From: Eledone cirrhosa
Taxonomy: Eukaryota
Assembly (NCBI GenBank): GCA_964016885.1
Contig: OZ024740.1
Coordinates: forward strand, 154,194,001-154,258,000
DNA: 64,000 nucleotides
Direction: 5' to 3'
Below are positions 55,751-64,000 of the stretch, in pieces (position 1 is the stretch's first letter; the number at the start of each line of letters is the position of its first letter). Under the pieces are notes generated by a model. The model made no database searches. It was not told the origin of the DNA and saw nothing but the letters and a program-made list of their open reading frames with translations. The position numbers and the translations under genes are program-made.

Positions 55751-56169
55751 CGGGGTGTTTATTGGTGGTTGGTCCTAGATTTTCTCCCAGAGTCGATGAT
55801 GAAGAACTATTGAAGTTACATGGTTACTTGGTATCTTTTGCTTCAAATTTCTTGTGAAAGAAACACATATCACTTTACGTGACCTCATTGTCTTGTGGTT
55901 GACCTCGTGGTGTTGATTCTCCCTCATTACACCCTTTTCCGCCTCTTTCCCACACTTACTCACTTCGAATCCCTCTTTACCCCTCTCCCCTACTTTTCCC
56001 CATTTTTTAACCTCTCTTTCCCTATTTCACCTGCTGTCTTCCCTCCTCTTTTCCATCCTTCTTTCCCTTGATGTTTTCCCTCCCCTTCTTCCACTTCGGC
56101 CTCTTCCAACCCATTCTTTCCCTACCCCTTTACTCCACTTCCTACCCTCTTTCTCCCTTTCTTGATTTC

Positions 56170-57680
56170 ATCCACCACTTTACTTACCATTTTACCCACA
56201 ATTTTGCCCATTAATATTTTACCTACCACTTTACCCACAATAATGTGGGTCAAATGGTGCGTAAAATAATTAATGTGGGTAAAATGGTAGATAAAATGTT
56301 ACCTACCATTTTACCCACATTAATTATTTTACGCACCATTTGACCCACACTAATTATTTTACCTACTACTTTACCTACACTAATCATTTTACCCACAACT
56401 GTACCCACATTAGTCATTTTACCTACCACTTTTCCCACAATAATCATTTTACCCACCAGTTTAGCCATAATAATCATTTACCCACAATTTTACCGACAAT
56501 AATTATTTTACCTACCACTACCTACAATAATTATTTTACCCACCATTTACCCACAATAATCCTTTTTTTATTTGGGTGAGTCTTTTTTGTATTTCGGGGG
56601 GATCCGTTTTTTATATGGGGGGGGGGCTCCGTTTTTTATTTGGGGGGATCCCATTTTTATTCGAGGGAGAGGGATCGTCCGTTTTTTATTCAGGGAGTAT
56701 CCGTTTTTTATTTGGGGTCCGTTTTTTATTTGGGGGATTTGTTTTTTATTTGGGGGATGTCCGATTTTTATCTGGGGGGGGGGGGGGCTCCGTTTTTTAT
56801 TTGGGGGAACCCTTTTTTATTCGGGGGGGGGGGCGTTTTTTATTCGGGGGGTATCCGTTTTTTATTTGGTAGGATCCGTTTTTTATTTGGGGGGATCCCT
56901 TTTTATTTGGTGGGATCCTTTTTTTATTTGGGGGGATCCCTTTTTTATTTGGGGCGTGGGTCCGTTTTTATTTGGGTGGATCCGATTTTTATTAGGGGGG
57001 ATCCGTTTTTATTTGGGTGGATCCGTTTTTTATTCGGGGGGATCCGTTTTTTTATTTTTAGGGGGTCCGTTTTTTTATTCTGGGGATACGTTTTTTATTT
57101 GGGGGATCCGTTTTTTATTTGGGGGGGATCCGTTTTTTATTCAGGGAGGATCCATTTTTTATTTGGGGGGATCCGTTTTTTATTTAGGGGTTATCCGTTT
57201 TTTATTTGAGGGGGGGGGTTAATTGGGGGTCCGTTATTTATTTTGAGGGGGTCCGTTTTTTATTTAGGGGTCCATTATTTATTTGGGGGTGGTCCTTTTT
57301 TTTTTAGGAGGGATCCGTTTTTTATTTGGGGTGTCCGTTTTTCACCCACAATAATCATTTTACCCACCTTTTTACCCAAAATAATTATTTTACCCACCAC
57401 TTTACCCACAATAATCATTTTACCTGCCACTTTACCCACAATAATTATTTTAACCACCATTTTACCCACCATTCCACCCACAATAATTATTTTACCCACA
57501 TTTTACCCACCTTTTTACCCACAATAATCATTTTACCCACCCATTTACCCACAATAATTATTTTACCTACCGCTACCCACAATAATTATTTTACCTACCT
57601 ATTTACCCATATTAATCATTTTACCCTCAACTTTACCCACAATAATCATTTTACCCACCTCTTTACCCACAATAATTATT
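56170..57680. repeat. ~30-bp TTTTACCCAC(AATAATYA) minisatellite interrupted by a ~20-bp TTTTTATTTGGGGGGATCCG minisatellite (~56563-57342)
   Basis: Directly visible; internal 47-bp inverted repeat 56244-56290/56303-56349. Confidence 0.9.
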
Positions 57681-57694
57681 TATTATGTGTCCAG

Positions 57695-57817
57695 CGATTC
57701 TTTACTGAGACATTCTTACCATATGCTCATAATATCGGAGTTGTGATCTCTCAATTCGGAGAAGTAGCGGCTCTACCAGGAGTGACTCTCTGTTCTCTGT
57801 GCCATGCACTTTATCGA
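57695..57817 (+). CDS. Candidate host coding exon
   Basis: GTCCAG| and |GTAACG; 123 nt, phase 0-0; RFFTETFLPYAHNIGVVISQFGEVAALPGVTLCSLCHALYR. Confidence 0.4.
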
Positions 57818-58324
57818 GTAACGTTACTCCAAAGACCCTTCAGAAGAATCCCATTTCTGCCACTTTTATTTGCAATTGTATTCTTTTGTTCATTACTCAA
57901 CATTCATGATCTTCGATAAGAGTTGGCAGGAATACCAGGAAGACAGTGAGTTTGGCTTTTACACTTACCCCCTCCCCCTTCATCTGATTGCTGAGTGCTG
58001 AGGCTGGCGCATCACTGCATCAGCTTTTGCAATTCTTGCACTTAATTCAGCCTCCTGCATTCCAACACTCATGAACACGGCTCCAAGATACTAAATTCTC
58101 TAACTGCTTCAGTAGAACTCCATTCATATGTATCTCAATTTGAGGGACTTCTGTCCACCCGTCTATCACACAATGTGTATGTGTGTTTGTGTGAATGTAT
58201 GTGTGGGTAAAAGGAAGGAAAGGGATACACACATATATATGTCTAACTTAACAGTGACACACACACGTTTTCTCTAATTTAAGAACGCCGATAAACTCAC
58301 GCGCGCGCACATACACACACTATC

Positions 58325-58975
58325 CTATTACCACTCAAGAGCTTTGGCCCGGGTAAACATCCCTCAATTTTGGAACTGTCTGGGTTGTCCATAATTGATG
58401 GGAAACGACTTGACGGTCTTACTCTGTGCTTCTGGTCAAGAGGCAGGTGCCTTACCTGGGACGTCACAGTAAATTATTCTTTTACTTCTTCCCACATCCT
58501 GGATGCAGCCATAAGGGCGAGGGCTACAGCATCCGCAGCTGAACGGAACAAAATCCTAAAATACCGTGTTCTGTCAGTTAACTACGTTCGAGACGCTTGG
58601 GGGAGTCGGGCTACTGACAGCGAGATTCTTATCTTCACTGGCGGCTCGCCAAACAGAGGTAACTTGTGATACTCGTGGGGGCACTTGGTTGTTCCAGCAC
58701 CTCGCCATCACCTCAGGTAACACTGCGAGCGTGCTGGCCTGCCTCAAAAATTATTAGAGAGGTTTCCCAGTGCTTATGCTATATTGCTATCTTTTGCTCT
58801 GGTAGCGGCTCGTTTACCACTCTTTCGCCTGCATATTGTTCTGTGGCCTAAGATGTGGGTATTACCTGCTTGTGTATTTTTTCTCTTTTTTTTCCTTTCC
58901 CTTTTCTTTGTATATATTATATTTGTTAGTGTTTTCGTTCTGTAACCATTATATTAAATGAGTTAAAAAAAAAAA
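58325..58975 (+). mobile_element. CRE-clade non-LTR retrotransposon 3' relic (restriction-like endonuclease)
   Basis: GLSIIDGKRLDGLTL..WSRGRCLTWDVT...AAERNKILKY...ETLG...GNTASVL; A-rich tail near 58965. Confidence 0.75.
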
Positions 58976-59770
58976 GAGTTAATAAATAAATAAAACGTTA
59001 TACTTAGTTTACCCTCCCATTTCCAATTTCACCGAACGCTGCTATCATGACTATGTGTGTGTTTGTGTGAATGTATGTGTAAATTTATGTATGTTTGTGT
59101 GAAAGTATGTGTGAATGTATGTGTATTTGTGTGAATTATGTCCGTGAGGGTGTATTTTTATAAGTTTGTGTTTGCGTGTTACTCATAATAGTTATATACT
59201 CATATATATAGATGTATGTATGTGCACACTCATACGCGTCAGCGTGTAGAAAATCATAATCTCTCTATCTCTCTCTATCTCTCTCATCACACACTTTCTC
59301 TCTTTCTATATATTTGGTATTTGAAGTGGTGGTGGTGGCGACGATATACCGGAAGTGCTACTTTGAAAAGAAGTCAATTTGAAATTATTTATTTTTACGA
59401 AATTATTTATGTTTACGAAATTTAGTACATAAATTATGTAATTTTCATTCATTATTTATTCAAAGTAATCCAACTTATTTTATTAACTGGATTAAAAGAA
59501 ATAAACCGTACGCAGTCCTGCAGACCTTCCTTTATTATAGTTTACGCGTTTTTCTTCTTTTTTTAAGTTGCGTTGCCTATATGTTGAATTTATTCCAAAC
59601 ACATTCACACACACACACGCATGCACACACACACACGCATACATACACACACAAGCAGGCACACACAAACGTAGCAAATATCCCGTCATGCAATTGCTGG
59701 CTACGTGCAATCTGTTGGTTAAGAGCATAATTCTTATCTTGTTCTGCGAGACGCATTGAACATCCTTAAG

Positions 59771-59848
59771 GTTGGGGATCCCTGGTGTACTAAATTGAAT
59801 TGGCACTCTCATATGAAAGCTTGGAAATGTAAGACTGCTACCAAGCAG
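59771..59848 (+). CDS. Candidate host coding exon (5' boundary uncertain)
   Basis: CCTTAAG| and CAG|GTATGA; 78 nt, phase 0-0; VGDPWCTKLNWHSHMKAWKCKTATKQ. Confidence 0.35.
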
Positions 59849-60072
59849 GTATGAATACGCCATGACCGGAGCTTTCGTCGTACAATCAGATACATTGTTT
59901 TTATTGATAACAGACACACACACACACGCACACACACACGCACACACACACACAGACACACATATATATATATATATATATATATGCGAGAGGTAAATGG
60001 AAAATAACAAGGCAAACAATGCGGTACAATAATGATATATATTAGTTTGTTGCTTGATATAGTAGGAAAAGG

Positions 60073-60108
60073 TCTTAACGTTTCGAACGCTAGTCCTTCA
60101 TCAGAAGA
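60073..60108 (-). ncRNA. Minimal PLE-type hammerhead ribozyme
   Basis: TCTT-CTGATGA-a-GGAC tagc GTTC-GAAA-CG-TT^AAGA; palindromic AACGTT stem III. Confidence 0.7.
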
Positions 60109-60656
60109 TAGATTAAGAAATAAAAAATTTTTTAGTAAAATAGAGGGGAGTGAGAAGAGGAAGAAGAGGAAAAGAAAATGGGGCTGAAAAACATATGTAT
60201 TAGAATTTGTAGAATAATCAGAACTCGGCACAAGGAAGCTGTTAAAACTGCAAAATGCCGTCATTGAGAAGCGTCGGATAAGATTAACCTCAAAAGACTG
60301 AAATCAGCGGTTAAAGTATTGGCCCGCAGATGTGAAATGAAGAAAGGTAAAGGGAAGGAAATGGACACGAGATCACCCGAACATTTATATAAATCATCAG
60401 CTCTTATACTGACTGTGGTTTCACACGATTTAATGTTAGAGTACCACGTAAAATAGTCAGCTCGTGCAACAGAAAATATATATACAGTTCCGAATAAACA
60501 AGACATATACAGGGATACATTAACACTAAGTCTTAATAGTTTCTGGCTTGTTGGAAAAAGGAAATAAATGTTTCAACATAAAGGACTTTAGTCTTTCACC
60601 AGGAAAGAGTAAATTTCAGAGAAAGAAAAGGCTGCAATGTTGAATATATATATATA

Positions 60657-61193
<537 letters not shown>

Positions 61194-62683
61194 TAATACG
61201 TGTATGTGGTGTGTTAATGTGTGTTTCAATGTATTTATTTCTGTATATTCCGAGATGTATACCATAGTTTTGCGCCTAGATAATTTCCATCAGAGTACAT
61301 CTTTCGTGGAGAATATAATAGGCGTTTTCTAAATGATGTATTCTGACTGACAAAGATAATTATATTTTTGTAATGAAGAAGCAAAATGTGACAGTAAATG
61401 CGTCTCCATTTATGTATTTTTCATTGGTTGACATTCACTGCATTTCCAAATATGTCATCTTGATTGGACTACACAACGCTAAATATATTTTTTTAATGGG
61501 TTACTTACTCTCAATGAAAAGTAGGAATTCTTTTGAATATCATATTAAATTGTTAACAATGTAAAGTAGAATCGATCTATATCTATGTCGTAAAGTTGTC
61601 TCATAAGCAACCCACCAACACATTTTTCTATTTTTAAAAGACTTTTTTTCCGATTTCTGTTTAGAAAATTGGAAATTACAATTCTGCAAAAATTATGGTT
61701 AGAGTGTTGGCTGATAGTTAGGATTAGTTCTAAGAGTATGCGTTAGGGATTGGGTTCAGGTTTGGAGCTAGTGTAAAGGTTTACAATTAGGATTAGACGT
61801 TATGGCTAGGGTTATTGTTTAGGGTTGGGTTTAGGGTTAGGGTTTATGGTTAATTGTTAATGGTTATACGTGAAGTTTAAGTATATGGATTAGACTTCAT
61901 TAAATGTGAATTTATGAAAATCGTAATCGACAATGTTTAAAATATGAAGATGAACGTCGTAGTTTTATTCAATTATATTTTACCGCCCTATATTCTGAAT
62001 GTAAATCCCATAGAGGGAAGGCTTTTCGTGTATCCATTAGTGAATAAATTGAGCGATATAGGTACTATTCATCGTCATCATCGTCAAAATTATCGTAAAC
62101 ATCGTCATCCTCAATATTGCCTTCTCTTCCTCCTGCTCCCCCTCCTCATCCTTCTCATTATATTCACAATTCTCTTGTTTTCCTGACTACACCCGGGTAC
62201 CTACGTGTGACATTACGATATATGGGCCACATATCCCGTTCTATTTGCAGCTCATCAACAGTCGTAGTATGATTTTCTCTACTGATGCCTTCATCATCAA
62301 TCACCTATGATTAATCCTCCCTTGGATCGGTTCCCAAATATTGAATTGTCTGCTGAGAAATTCGAAAATGCAAAAACAAAATTGATTATATTGACCTCAA
62401 TAAATATGAAACACAATCGATTATAATCGATTGTGTTTCATATTTTATCGATACCCAGGAGAAGAAAAGATAAAGTCAACCATGGCACGATTTGAACTCG
62501 ATTTGAACATAAAAAGGACGTAGCTAAACGCCACCCGACGTATTGTCCGATGCTCTGCCGCTTCTACCAATTCACCACCGCTTTAAAGTGACTCGTCAGT
62601 AGGGAAAGTTATTGTGCAGTAATATATTGCAATCAATTCAATTGATTATATCACATTCCCAGAGATCATTATTTAAAAAAAGG

Positions 62684-63072
62684 GGTGAATCGGCAGTATC
62701 GGTAGAGAGTCGGACGCCATGCTTTCCAGCATAGTTACGTCCCTTTACGATCTGAGTTCAAATCCCGCCGAGGTTAACTTTGCCTTTCATCCTTACGAGG
62801 TCGATAAAATAAAGTACCAGTAATGTACTGGTGATTGCTGGCCTTATGCCAAAAGTAGAAACAATTATTTTTAAAAAGGGGGGTGGATTGGCAGTATCGG
62901 TAGCGGGTGGGACGCCATGCTTTGCAGCATAGCGTTACGACCCTTTGCGGTCTGAGATCAAATCCCGCCGAGGTTGATTTTGCTTTTCATCCTTACGGGG
63001 TCGATAAAATAAAGCACAACTAATGTACGGTGAAAATATGCTGGCCTTGTGCCCAAATTAGAAATAATTATT
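62684..63072 (+). mobile_element. Two tandem tRNA-derived SINEs (~62684-62868 and ~62882-63072); a degenerate inverted copy lies at ~62440-62580
   Basis: A/B boxes and conserved core as in the other copies. Confidence 0.85.
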
Positions 63073-64000
63073 CATAAAATATTTCTCTATATGATATTTA
63101 TATAACATCAGGATAAAAATGATTTACGATTTCTTTACCGTTTTGTTTCCTGTTATTATTACTATTATTATCACCATTGTTATTATCATTATTTCTTTGA
63201 CAGTTTTATGCAATTTTCAATTGCAATAGCAGATACACATCGGTACTAAACTGTATGCAAGTATTGGGTATTCATATTTTCTGTGTGAGTCTATGTAAAG
63301 GGTATAGAATACTGTCAATGTACTTCATCGACTTTATATTGTTATTTTGTTTAGCTTGCTGTTTCTGATGTTATTTCAGTGACTGTTTTGTATGCGTAGT
63401 GTATATGTAATGTGAGTTGTGTTATTTTCTTAGATGGTGAATATGTTCTGTAGGTATTGTGTAATCGGTGTTATATATGTCTTGGTCGGGTATGTGATGT
63501 GTAGCTTGTGTAGTAATAATTTGTTACGGTTCTCCAGAATGTTGATTGTGAGAGTTGTTGTGGGTACCGTGTTGAGTTGGGTATCGATTATGTAAGAGAA
63601 TATATTGTGGTATTTTATTACATCTTAATCCTATAGAATGTATGTTGTGAGATTTGTATTACATCATTATTATTGTTGCTGTCATCATCATGATCATCAG
63701 TAGTAGTAGTAGTAGTAGTGGTAGTGGTAGTGGTGGTGGTGGTGGTGGTCGTGGTGGTAGTAGTAGTACTAGTAGTACTAGTAGTAGTAGTAGTGATGGT
63801 GGCCGTCGTCGTCGTCGTAGTAGTAGTAGTAGTAGTTATTTGTTTCTTTTTTATATCTGCCGAAAACCTTTATTGATGTAAAGTTTCTCAATGATTGCCA
63901 ATATATTTCTTGTTTTTACGTTAACGAAACAGGATTACTTGCTATGATCATTCACTGTAATATTACATATAAAAGGTGAAATCAACATTTGTGAATATAC

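Noticed and set aside
61690-61850. Telomere (TTAGGG-like run)
   Set aside because: Only 2-3 exact units in degenerate sequence; at most an interstitial relic.

Overview
Repeat-dominated animal genomic DNA, probably an octopod cephalopod (inferred from the tRNA-derived SINE family and the dense TA, TACA and GATA microsatellites). About 28 kb is two same-orientation stacks of Tx1-like (L1-group) non-LTR retrotransposons on the minus strand (1-15.5 kb and 37.5-51.5 kb). Every copy whose 3' end is in the window ends in (TATC)n, and two copies are full length. Other mobile DNA: R4/Dong-like RLE elements in (CATA)n, a 0.6-kb non-coding RTE-derived element, a Penelope-like element (PLE) with an inverted 3' duplication, and hAT-like, Gypsy, CRE, Helitron and SINE relics. 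A few candidate host exons lie on the + strand at 53-60 kb. The strongest unexplained signals are three. (i) Two unrelated non-coding ~600-bp repeat units in (TA)n each carry a type I hammerhead ribozyme with the compensatory U3-A8 core (retrozyme-like); in one, the insertion boundary coincides with the predicted cleavage site. (ii) Divergent Tx1 copies conserve an AG|GTAAGT splice donor on the ORF1 stop and an acceptor-like YAG|G on the ORF2 stop, suggesting ORF2 is a retained intron. (iii) Retroelement clades are partitioned among different microsatellite targets, with visible ~38-bp target duplications. All RNA structures were paired by eye and no searches were run.
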